15,139 bases of DNA from Octopus sinensis (lineage: Eukaryota): contig NW_021825610.1 of NCBI RefSeq assembly GCF_006345805.1, positions 1 to 15,139 of the forward strand. The letters are read 5' to 3'. This document shows, in pieces, positions 1-9,149 of this stretch. Numbering within the stretch: the stretch's first letter is position 1; each line of letters opens with the position of its first letter. A program made the position numbers and the translations under genes. Below the pieces are notes generated by a model that was given only the letters and a program-made list of their open reading frames with translations, did not search any database and was not told the origin of the DNA.

Positions 1-2
1 TG

Positions 3-62
3 TATATATATATATATATATATATAGATACATGTCTAAGTGTGTGTTTATGTGTGTGTGTG
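3..62. repeat. (TA)n followed by degenerate (TG)n microsatellite
   Basis: Directly visible: TA run at 3-26, TG run at about 41-62. Confidence 0.95.
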
Positions 63-288
63 TTTGGACAGTCTTAGTACAAAAATAAACAAAAAAAAAA
101 ACAAATGCTAAAGTAAAAGAAGCAGCAACTACATGGTCACACTAAGTATGAGGGAATAATTGAGATTACCATCACATTTATAATTGTTTGATAGAAAACA
201 TGATTAATTGTGTTTAATAACACAGACACACTTCTAACAGGTGTGGATTCCCCATGTTGGTTTCTGCACAAAAACACAAACATGTGCT

Positions 289-464
289 ATATATACACAC
301 ACAAATGTGTGTGTGTGGTGTGTGCTTGTGTGTGTTTGTGTGTGTATGTATTTATTGAAAAGCAGCAAAAATATCACAAAAACTGTCGCTCAGAGTTTCA
401 CGTTCCCGTTCATCGGACATATGTGTATATAAACATACATACATATTATATATATATATATATA
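289..464. repeat. Compound (CA)/(TG) and (TA)n microsatellites
   Basis: CA/TG tract at about 289-348 and TA run at about 447-464. These explain the ORFs at 210-467 and 241-432. Confidence 0.9.
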
Positions 465-714
465 TGACAACATATCGAATTTATATATTGTGTATTAGTT
501 ACTTCTGGAGTTGTAGTAGAGAAAGTAAAAGAGTGATGTATCGTTGCTTAGAGGCCATCGTTTGGATGACACATGAGTTGTGTGTTCAAAACCTTATTCA
601 CTCAATCATTCACTTCGCTTTAACAATTTTTATCGTTAGAATTGAAAACAAGCTTTATACAAGAAGGTTTCTGTTTCAGTCTCAAAGCACATTTTGTGAA
701 TGCGTACTTTTGAT

Positions 715-890
715 TACGGTTTTATTATTGTTGTTACGGTTTTATTATTTTTGTTACTGCAGTATTAATGGTGGACGTGGTGCTATTGTTTGTTCCTATT
801 GTGGTCGTAATGTAGGTAGTTGTCATAATTTTTTAGTCTGTCGTGGATTTTGTCGTTGCTGGATTCTTATTCTTCTTAGTTACAACACAT
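715..890. repeat. Degenerate (GTT/ATT/GGT)n low-complexity tract
   Basis: T-rich triplet periodicity (ttattattgttgtt, tgttactgc, tgtggtcgt, tgtcgttgct). A similar tract resumes at about 1200-1270. Confidence 0.7.
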
Positions 891-896
891 AAGTGT

Positions 897-1180
897 TGGC
901 GTGTGGCTTAGCGGTTAGGTTATTCGGCTCACGATCTCCCGGCGACGCATTGTATCCTTGAGTAAGACACTTTATTCCATGTTGATGGCAAAAATGAGTA
1001 GAACCTGTATTTCAAAGGGCCAGCCTCGTCACACTGTCACGCTGAATCTCACTGAGAACTACGTTAAGAGTATACGTGTCTGTGGAGTGATCAGTCACAT
1101 GCACGTCAATTTTACGAGTAGGCTGTTCCGTTGATCGGATCAACTGGAACCCTCATCGTCGTAAGCGACGGAGTACCAGT
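897..1180 (+). mobile_element. tRNA-derived CORE-type SINE, with B-box region apparently deleted
   Basis: A-box TGGCTTAGCGG at 904-914. CORE-like TCCTTGAGTAAGACACTT at 955-972 (compare MIR core CCTTGGGCAAGTCACTT). GC-richer body ends ...CGTCGTAAGCGACGGAGTACCAGT. Resembles an octopus SINE family as I recall it. Confidence 0.8.
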
Positions 1181-1749
1181 TTCACAATACCTAATCCTGC
1201 TCCTATAGTTGATACTGATATAGCAGTTGTGGTTCTTGAGTTTGTTACTGCTGTTGTTCTTGATTCCATTATGGCCGTACTCCACTTAGTTTAATTCCGA
1301 TAGATCCAGTTCACAGATAAAATCAAGATCTTCCTTTTATGGTTGTTCAGATTTTGATATTTACGCAGATGAACATTTACTTAGAAGTTCGTATTTTGAT
1401 TCGAGAAAGTGTTTTATCTAATACATAGTTTTAATAGCAAATGTCCGCGGGTTTTACTGAACCCTATTTTAGGGATTAATCAGAAGTGTATTGGAAGAGT
1501 CTAGAACTATAATTATAAACTCTCTTAGATTAGCAAGCTCAAGGCGAATAATATTCATTTGTCATCAGTATAGTTAAGGTAACAATCAACAATATTTCAA
1601 AGACTATATAATTTAGATGGAGATCTTTGCAATCTCGATTTTAAAATTAACAGGGAGAAAATGTATGAAAATTAAAAGAAATGAAACACATACTAAACGA
1701 ACTACTACAACAAACTTTAAAACTATCCCCTGATCGAATTAATAAGGAA

Positions 1750-1925
1750 AATGCCTGCGTAGCCGTTCAACCTGCTAGAAATAGCTTTAAAATCTTTCAA
1801 AATACATTCAGAGATTGGAAGAACTTATTGGATAGTGTACTCCGGTTGAACGGTTCCAATTATCATAGCTAGAATCACGCAGTTTACTCGTTCGGGGACG
1901 ATACGGGGCTAAATAAAAACTACAA
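1750..1925 (+). mobile_element. Old dispersed-repeat relic (probable SINE 3' half), copy 1 of 3
   Basis: TCAACCTGCTAGAAATAGC at 1767-1785 is related to motifs at 8701-8719 and 9978-9996. It ends in GGGGCTAAATAAAAAC plus an A-rich tail. Confidence 0.45.
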
Positions 1926-2085
1926 AAATAACATTAACACAAACAGAATTATTTGGAGGGGAAGTTGAGAAGTTTGTGCTTTTCACGTTATTCTCGAAAA
2001 TGTTTATTTGTAACCTGCCCAGGAACAAAATTATTGTATTTTGGAGTCGACTGACTGATGTTTGCCAGCCACTCAGCATACATAC

Positions 2086-2170
2086 ATACAAACATACATA
2101 CAGACATACATACGTACTTACATACATACATACATATAAAGACACACAAACATACACACACACGCGCGCG
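2086..2170. repeat. (CATA)n/(CA)n/(CG)n compound microsatellite
   Basis: Directly visible. Confidence 0.9.
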
Positions 2171-2208
2171 CTAACACATATTTAACAAACAATAACATAT
2201 GAATAGGA

Positions 2209-2389
2209 CGGAAGTGGTCTCTTAAGGTTGATATGGATGTATTGACATTATACGCAATGTTCAGTAAGTAGGCACCCGCCACCTTTGCGTCACCAAAAGC
2301 AATTCAGAGACCAAGGTAACTATAATGTTAATGGCGTGTGCTAAAACGTTTTCTATGAATCATGACGACACGTGAAGTCATTAACCAAT
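2209..2389. promoter_or_regulatory. Cluster of promoter-type motifs (ETS, GC/CACCC box, CRE half-sites, E-box, CCAAT)
   Basis: CGGAAGTG 2209-2216, CACCCGCCACC 2273-2283, TGCGTCA 2286-2292, TGACG 2363-2367, CACGTG 2369-2374, CCAAT 2385-2389. Motif matches only; no associated transcript is visible. Confidence 0.2.
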
Positions 2390-3174
2390 GAGTGTGGTTT
2401 CGATACTCATATATACCTCGATTTTTTTTTCTCTTTGTTTAAAATTCCGCTTTATATGCATGAGTGAAGACACACATATAAACACACTTCTCTAAAAGCA
2501 TACACAAATACACATACACTGTTATATATATATATATACACAAAACATATTGGCAGGTGTCGTCTGCATCAGAGAGAAGGAAAGCAGCCAAGTATCTACC
2601 AGCTTTATAAAATGGCTAAATCTTTCTCTCAAATCAAATCTGCAGATTCAAAAAGATGACATTTTGGATAATGTGTCTAAGAAGAAAGCGGTCACAACTG
2701 CAGCTGATGTAAAAGCAGGTCAAATCTATTGGGACTGACCTTGTGTTAAGCAACAATACAAAGGCAAATAGACGGGATTGTTAGCCAGTGCAATACAAAA
2801 TAAAGAAGAAAATTAGAAATACGTAATATATGAGGAGGGGCACAACGAATAAGATCGTATATGAATATATTCTTTCAAATTAACTGTAAGAAACGAATGT
2901 CGAAGCAAATTTCAACACCATTGAGAGATATTCATAGAATAACATAAAAGTTCTGCATTACTTTAGTTTTTTTTGTTTGTTTTTGTTTTTACTACCTTCA
3001 GTCATTGCAGTTTGGCCTTGTCTGCCTTCAAAGGATATTAAGGCCAATACTTTCTCTCATACTTATTAAATCGATCTTGAATTTACAATGGCGGGTAAAA
3101 TGAGCAGGGTGTAAAGGGAGGCAACCGAGAGAGAAGTAAATATCTCAACGCACTTTTTTATACGATACACCAAT

Positions 3175-3213
<39 letters not shown>

Positions 3214-3290
3214 ACATATATACACGCATATATTTACATAGATACGAACACACACACGCACATATATATATAGATGTGTGTGTATGTGTG
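3175..3290. repeat. (TA)n(TG)n compound microsatellite
   Basis: Directly visible. Confidence 0.9.
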
Positions 3291-3524
3291 GTAAATGAAA
3301 GACGGATGATGGAATGTAAAAGAATTTTTATTAATCACAACAATTGTTTCGACATATCTAGCATCGATCCATCGTGGGTGGGACATTTAACAACTGATTC
3401 AGGAGCATCCGGTGGTGCAGATGTGTCTCGTCGTGTGATAAGTAGATACAACTCGTTAAAATAACAGTTCCGCAAAGTATCTTTTAATTTCGTAGAAAGA
3501 AAAGCTGGAAAACGAAGGATAATG

Positions 3525-3562
3525 CATACATACATACATACATACATACATACATACATACA
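3525..3562. repeat. (CATA)n microsatellite
   Basis: About 9 perfect copies. Confidence 0.95.
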
Positions 3563-4141
3563 ATATATTCATTTCACTAAAACGAATTTAGTCGCTTTCT
3601 CGTTATGCTTCTTGACACTTGTTTGATGTGCACCGTATGATCGAGCCTACAAACATGTAGTTGTAAAGCAAATTACTGAACCCTCTGCTTTGTCTGTACT
3701 TGTATTTACTATTATTTAACATTTAATATTTGTTTTATATTCTTAAGCAAGAAAATCAGAATGTATATATCATTATTAATGTCAGAAATTCTTCTTCTTA
3801 CGGAAGATAATTTATACGTTTGAAGTAAGTCATAACTGAATTCCGTTACAGATAAATCAATGCTCAACTCATTTACGTTTCTTCCTTTTCACAGTAAAAA
3901 CTAAAATACATGAATTCCATTGAGGCATATATGCATCTAGCGTTTACATCTGCGGCTAATGGGACGCTTTTCCTCTCCCTTCAATATCAGTTGTGTTTCT
4001 AAGCACAGCTCATCACAAGGAGATATTATCTCCGGGGGAAAAGGATCGAAATAAATTTACTTCCCACGATTAAATTGATCTACGTTAAAAGATCAACAAG
4101 AAGTGTACTCCATCTAATGAGAGTTCAATATTCATGTATGC

Positions 4142-4300
4142 GTTTCACTTCACATGCATTGCACGCGTTACTTATAGTTTCACGTTTATGACGAGTAAGT
4201 TCATCAGGCTCTGATTATTATTCTATGAAACTAAGAAGTTTAATGTTTACCATGTACGGGAAAACTAATAATAGCGCGTGTAATGCATGTGGAGCGAAAC
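4142..4300. repeat. Inverted repeat with about 50-bp arms (MITE-like hairpin)
   Basis: 4142-4190 GTTTCACTTCACATGCATTGCACGCGTTAC... matches the reverse complement of 4251-4300 (GTTTCGCTCCACATGCATTACACGCGCTAT...). The loop is about 60 nt. Confidence 0.8.
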
Positions 4301-4307
4301 AGAAAGG

Positions 4308-4440
<133 letters not shown>

Positions 4441-4494
4441 TCCTAGTTATTGCTAATAATATGTTGATCTTCTGATAAATAATTAATGATGCAA

Positions 4495-4719
4495 CAATTG
4501 TTTCTAACTCAGGCAAGGGCCCGCAAATTTTAGTGTCAAAGGGGTTAACCGATTCATTCAACCTAATACTTCTATACCAACTTATATTACATGTCCTAAA
4601 GTAAAGCACCCTTCACTTCAGTTGGATAGTATGAATCCAGAACGGAAAGTGTTGGAATAAATAGCGCTGGGCATTTTGCTCGATTCTCTAACAGTTCTGC
4701 TAATCTACGATCCAAAACG
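4495..4719 (-). mobile_element. Highly decayed full-length tRNA-derived SINE, same family as 7500-7718
   Basis: The reverse complement reads TTAGCAGAACTGTTAGAG..GCAAAATGCCCAGCGCTATTT..CGTTCTGGATTCA and ends AAAATTTGCGGGCCCTTGCCTGAGTTAGAAAC, collinear with the 7500-7718 and 12400-12450 copies. Possible TSD ATGATG(C/T)AA at 4486-4494 and 4720-4728. Confidence 0.6.
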
Positions 4720-5009
4720 ATGATGTAATTCTAAAATTAGTGCGTACATAATTAATGTAGAAAACATTAAAATGTTAACTTTAAGTTGTTTGCAGTTAGA
4801 GACAATATTAATTGCCAGCCGCAAAATTAGCACCATCAGTATCAACACACCAACAACATCAGCTATACATAAATCTCTTTACTTGTACATTTCACCAACC
4901 TTCTCTCTCTCTTACTCTTCACTCTACCACAGTTGCCACATGCAGTCATTACAAGTGCTCTCTGACATCACCGGTAACGGAACAGCAAAGGTTGTGCGTA
5001 ACCTAGTGC

Positions 5010-5010
<1 letters not shown>

Positions 5011-5048
<38 letters not shown>

Positions 5049-5130
5049 CATGTGTGTGTATGTGTACGTATTAATACATATATATATGCATACAAATGTA
5101 TATACACACACACACGCACACACACACACG

Positions 5131-5164
<34 letters not shown>

Positions 5165-5168
5165 AATA

Positions 5169-5220
<52 letters not shown>

Positions 5221-5229
5221 ATATATATA
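5011..5229. repeat. (TG)n...(CA)n...(TA)n compound alternating purine-pyrimidine microsatellite
   Basis: (TG)n 5013-5042, (CA)n about 5105-5150, (TA)n about 5150-5229. Confidence 0.95.
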
Positions 5230-6085
5230 CAGAGTGCGGTGAATAAACTGTCGTCAAAATTATGCAAAAGTGAAAATAACACTGACACCTCATTTTAAAA
5301 AATATATTGAATTAAATTGCATAAAAATACTTGAAACACTAAAGAATAAATTTATTGAATAAAATCACCATTCACTTCAATCGCGGCCTCCAGATGACTT
5401 CGGAGCATCCTGCAACTCTTTTGGACTGTCTCCTTCTTTAAGTTGGTGAATGATGCCATAATCCTTGCATTTGGTGTTACAAGGAGTTTTGTTGGTTTCT
5501 CGCTCGACTGCGACCCACACATAATAATCAAGAGGCTGCAGTCTGGGGAGTTGGGTGGCCAGATGTTAGGGGTGATGTAGTCGCAGAAATTGTCTGACAG
5601 CCATGACTGGTTTCTCTTGCCAGTGTGGCATGGTGCAGAGTGTTGTTGCCAGACATAGGGTCTTCCAGCAGCACTACCTGCTCGAAGAGCAGCACTACCT
5701 GCTCCAAGCACTTGATGTAGACCTCCGTGATGAGTGTGAGGACGTATGGGATGATAAATGTAAGCATAACGTCACCATCGCTTGTGATTATGCCAAACAC
5801 CATGATGTTGACTGGATGTTCAATTTCTGTCACTCTCCGTACATATTTTGGGGACACGGCAAGCCAACGGCTGTTCTGCATGTTCACTATTTGTTCGTAT
5901 TGGAGCTTCCGGCGGGAATGCCAAGCAGTACAGCATATCGTTTCCAAATTTCTGGCAGAAAGAATCGCGTCATGGTGCTGTTTATCATACAGATGGTGCT
6001 CCACTGATCCTACTATACCGTGTAGTCGACAAAATCAAGAACAAAGAATGCGCACGCGCGAAGTAAAAATATAAAATGGCGACAA
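5230..6085 (-). mobile_element. Tc1/mariner maT (DD37D/mori-type) DNA transposon, internally deleted copy A
   Basis: 3' TIR CAGAGTGCGGTGAATAAACTGTCGTC follows a TA at 5228-5229. Transposase remnants on the minus strand. Only the inner part of the 5' TIR (ATTGTCGCCATTTT) survives, at about 6072-6085. Confidence 0.92.
5352..5973 (-). pseudogene. maT/DD37D transposase pseudogene A
   Basis: Fragments MTRFFLPEIWKRYAVLLGIPAGSSNTN, IVNMQNSRWLAVSP..HPVNIMVFGIITSDG, GRPYVWQQHSAPCH..WPPNSPDC and LEAAIEVNGDFIQ*. It carries frameshifts, the second catalytic D is changed to H, and most of the HTH and the first D are deleted. Confidence 0.92.
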
Positions 6086-6096
6086 TATATATTGTG

Positions 6097-6113
6097 TATA
6101 TATATATTATATA

Positions 6114-6159
<46 letters not shown>
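6097..6159. repeat. (TA)n microsatellite separating the two mariner copies
   Basis: Directly visible. Confidence 0.95.
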
Positions 6160-6164
<5 letters not shown>

Positions 6165-7035
6165 GGTGTAACCATTTCACACTTTTAACTTCACACATAC
6201 ACATTCTTTGCTTTTCATTATATCGATTACACAATGTAGTAGGGTCAGTTGGGCACCGTCTGTGAGTAAAACAGCACTATGATGCAATTCACTCTGCCTG
6301 AAATTTGGAAACAACATCTGTACTTCTTGGCATTCGCGCCGGTAGCTCCGATACGAACATTTCAGAGTTTTGAGGTGACAATCTGAAGGCAATGCGATCT
6401 GAGGACATGTACCGAGAGTGATAAAAATCAAACATCCAGTCAACCTCATGGTGTTTGGAGTTATCACTAGTGACGGCGACGTTATGCCTCCATTTATCTT
6501 CCCACACTGCTTCACGCTCAACACGGAGGCGTACATCAAATGTCTGAAGGAGGTAGTGTTGCCGTAGGTCAAGAGAGTAGCTGTTGGAAGACCCTATAGC
6601 TGGCAACAGGACTTTGCACCTTACCACACAAGCAGGAGAACCCAGTCATGGCTGTCAGACAATTTCTGCGACCACACCACCCCTAACTTCTGGCCACCTA
6701 ACTCCCCAGACTTCAACCTCCATGATTATTATGTGTGGGACACAGTTGAGTGAGAGACCAACAAAACTGCTTGTAACACCAAAGATGAACTGAATGCAAG
6801 AATTATAGCAGCATTCACCAACATAAACAAGAAGACCGCCCAGAAGAGTTGGAGGAGGATTTTTTGAAGTCATCTGGAGGCCGTGATTGAAGCCAATGGT
6901 GATTTTATTGAATGAATTTACTCTTTGGTAGTTCAAAATATCTTTATATAATTTTGGTAAATATATCTGTTAAAATGAGATGTCAGTGTTATTTTCATTT
7001 TTACGTAATTTAGACGACAGTTTATTCAACGCAGC

Positions 7036-7038
<3 letters not shown>
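6165..7038 (+). mobile_element. Tc1/mariner maT (DD37D/mori-type) DNA transposon, internally deleted copy B
   Basis: 3' TIR GACGACAGTTTATTCAACGCAGCCTG ends at 7038, followed by TA. Collinear with the reverse complement of copy A along almost its whole length. Confidence 0.92.
6279..6915 (+). pseudogene. maT/DD37D transposase pseudogene B
   Basis: Starts MMQFTLPEIWKQH at 6279. One frame from about 6403 reads KHPVNLMVFGVITSDG...WQQD(6610-12)FAPYH...WPPNSPDFNLHD(6724-26)YYVW...EANGDFIE*(6915), with exactly 37 residues between the two D. In-frame stops at 6565, 6751 and 6865. Confidence 0.95.

Positions 7039-7078
<40 letters not shown>
7039..7078. repeat. (TA)n microsatellite
   Basis: Directly visible, abutting the mariner TIR. 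Confidence 0.95.
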
Positions 7079-7079
<1 letters not shown>

Positions 7080-7358
7080 CAAATATCTACATGTACACAC
7101 ATAATAAAAGTTTTTGATAGCTTAATAATCAATTATTTAATTATTTAATTCCGAACGCTTTTCTCCCTGCATCAATATCAACAGAGTTTTCACTTGAGCA
7201 TTTTACTGCTAATGTTGTCTTGCTGTCCTGGTATTTATGCCTGCTTTATTTTTCCTTTCTATTGAGTCCCCTATTCTGTTTGGGTGTCAACGTTGTTGAA
7301 ATGTCCCCCACACGACCGATCCCATCACCCCTAGCATATCTCAACCGACACCACTTCT

Positions 7359-7445
7359 ATCATCTTCATCATCATCATCGTCATCATTATCATCATTATC
7401 ACTTACAATCAACCATCTAATACCAAGATTACAACCATCATCATG
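7359..7445. repeat. Degenerate (CAT)n microsatellite
   Basis: atcatcttcatcatcatcatcgtcatcattatcatcattatcac; explains the His-rich end of ORF 7220-7420. Confidence 0.85.
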
Positions 7446-7499
7446 GCAATCACGTCCGCCAAAATAAATATACCACCAAAACACGAACATGAGTAATAT

Positions 7500-7718
7500 A
7501 CTTTCTATTATAGACACAAGGTCTGAAATTTTGGGTAGGGGGATAGTCGATTATATCGATCTCAATACTCAGCTGGTACTTATTTTATCGACGACGAAAG
7601 GATGAAAGGCGAAAATCAGCCTCGGCGGAATTTGAAGTCACAATGTAGAGACGAGTGAAATACCACAAAGCATTTCGTCCAGCACGCTAACAATTCTGCC
7701 AGCTCACCGTCTTCGAGT
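7500..7718 (-). mobile_element. Monomeric tRNA-derived SINE with Meta-like central domain and 11-bp TSD
   Basis: TSD ATGAGTAATAT at 7489-7499 and 7719-7729. On the minus strand: A-box TGGCAGAATTG (7701-7691), B-box-like GACTTCAAATTCC (7639-7627), and GCCTTTCATCCTTTCGTCGTCGATAAAATAAGTACCAG, which resembles the MetaSINE core as I recall it. Confidence 0.9.
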
Positions 7719-7749
7719 ATGAGTAATATCAAAATAGTTATTCTTAATA

Positions 7750-8050
7750 TTTTAGTTAATGTTGTTGATTATGCTGTTGTAATGATTAATGTTGTTCTCA
7801 TATTCTTGTTCCTATTGTTCGTTATTTTGTTGTTACTGTTGGTATTCTTTACATTGCTTTTGCCGTTCTTTAAGTTGTTATTGATACCGTTGATGTTGTT
7901 GCTGCTGCTGTTGATATTGAGCTCAATATTCTATTTAATGTTGTCGGTTTTTGCACCTCATTTTCATCATGTTGTTACTTTTGCTCATCCATATGTTATT
8001 GGCGATTTATATATGGCTGTTGTTACTTTCGCAGCCGTCTCTGTTGTTCA
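7750..8050. repeat. Degenerate (GTT/GCT/GAT)n low-complexity tract
   Basis: Triplet-periodic T-rich sequence such as gttgatgttgttgctgctgctgttg. It produces the spurious Leu/Val/Ile-rich ORF 7719-8111. Confidence 0.8.
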
Positions 8051-8694
8051 TGATATTAAAACTACATGCAGTCTCTTGATCTGCTCAATAATCCTAGCTC
8101 TTCTTGGTTGATCTGTCTGTTGTTAAACGATCCAGTAGTCAAATATTAACTACTTTGTCGTTTTATGACCAAAGTATGTCTACAATTGACTTATGTGTAA
8201 GACTAATGGAAACTGAATGGTCTTTTTCTGCACACACACTCCACTTAACGACTTGATGGAAAAGGCAGAGGAAAACTTAGCTCAGTAAACCAATGAATTG
8301 TAAACCAAATGAAACAACATTAAGCTATGCAGACTTATTAATTACTGAATATTAAGAATATTGCTTTTTCATTGCGGCAACTATAAAATCTGAAACATCT
8401 ACGAAAACATTTTTTCTTTCTTTTTTTTTTTTTTTTTGAAGAACAGCAAGAATTAAACTGATTTCTGTTATTCTGATAACGTTTAACAAATCGCGCTTAA
8501 ACAGAATTTACCAACTTAAACATATCGAAGCATTGCTTCCAACAGATACATTTCAAATGCTTTATTCTGGCAGCTTTTCTTGACCGAGGCAAATTAGTCA
8601 CAGCAACAAAAACAACAATGATAAAGACAAAAAGCAAAATACGCAGCAGAGACAAAATACGGTTAACTAAGAGTCAAGAAGGGAGGGTCTACGA

Positions 8695-8870
8695 CACTGA
8701 TCGACCAGCTTGTAATACCAGTTATATCTATGAAATTACGCCACACCATATATGAAAACAGGGTACCTTAGAATCAGATATTATAGTATAGCCCTCTGTG
8801 TCCCTAATACTGGCGAGAGGGTCATAGTTAAAATGCTTTTCGTCATAGGAATACTTGATTTACAAGCAGC
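8695..8870 (+). mobile_element. Old dispersed-repeat relic, copy 2 of 3
   Basis: TCGACCAGCTTGTAATACCAG from 8701 is related to 1767-1785 and 9978-9996. Downstream GGTCATAGTTAAAATGCTTTTCGTCATAGG resembles the 3' part of an octopus SINE as I recall it. Confidence 0.4.
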
Positions 8871-9000
8871 TGAAGTCAACGGTGGTTAGTCAATAGAACA
8901 AATCTAAAAAGGTACCAAGTATATTCTACAATCATCGATTCACGCTGATAAATCCACAAATCACCCGATATTCTTTCCAACGGTTTCATTCCAAAATCAC

Positions 9001-9002
<2 letters not shown>

Positions 9003-9047
<45 letters not shown>
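9003..9047. repeat. (ATC)15 microsatellite
   Basis: Perfect 45-bp run. Confidence 0.97.
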
Positions 9048-9048
<1 letters not shown>

Positions 9049-9149
9049 CCAATATCATTATTTCTTTTCTTTCATAACAGATACTGTCGCAAATAGTGAT
9101 GAACTACAACTAGCAATTTTGAATTTTAATGTATTTTATACTGATTTAG

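Noticed and set aside
464-892. 142-aa ORF with a hydrophobic, Cys-rich C-terminus
   Set aside because: It starts in a (TA)n run and crosses a degenerate (GTT)n tract; no domain or splice signals are recognisable.
904-975. Possible tRNA genes at the SINE heads (also 7691-7701 and 12428-12438)
   Set aside because: A/B boxes are present, but there is no cloverleaf with an acceptor stem, and each continues into a SINE body.
2218-2228. TCTCTTAAGGT matches the 28S rRNA R2 insertion-site sequence
   Set aside because: Only 11 bp match and there is no flanking rRNA similarity; chance.
2550-2738. 62-aa ORF with ordinary composition (…KKKAVTTAADVKAG…)
   Set aside because: No recognisable homology, no polypyrimidine acceptor or strong donor, and a length expected by chance.
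4019-4096. Two 7-bp stem-loops (GGAGATA-T-TATCTCC; TTGATCT...AGATCAA)
   Set aside because: Stems this short are expected by chance in 15 kb of AT-rich DNA, and terminator-style calls do not apply to a eukaryotic locus.
5603-6936. ORFs 5603-6007(+), 5727-6074(+), 6177-6572(-), 6289-6627(-), 6584-6793(+) and 6655-6936(-) as independent genes
   Set aside because: They are antisense or off-frame shadows of the transposase pseudogenes.
7719-8111. 130-aa very hydrophobic ORF resembling a membrane protein
   Set aside because: It is the in-frame reading of a degenerate NTT/GTT triplet repeat, and its ATG lies in a SINE TSD.
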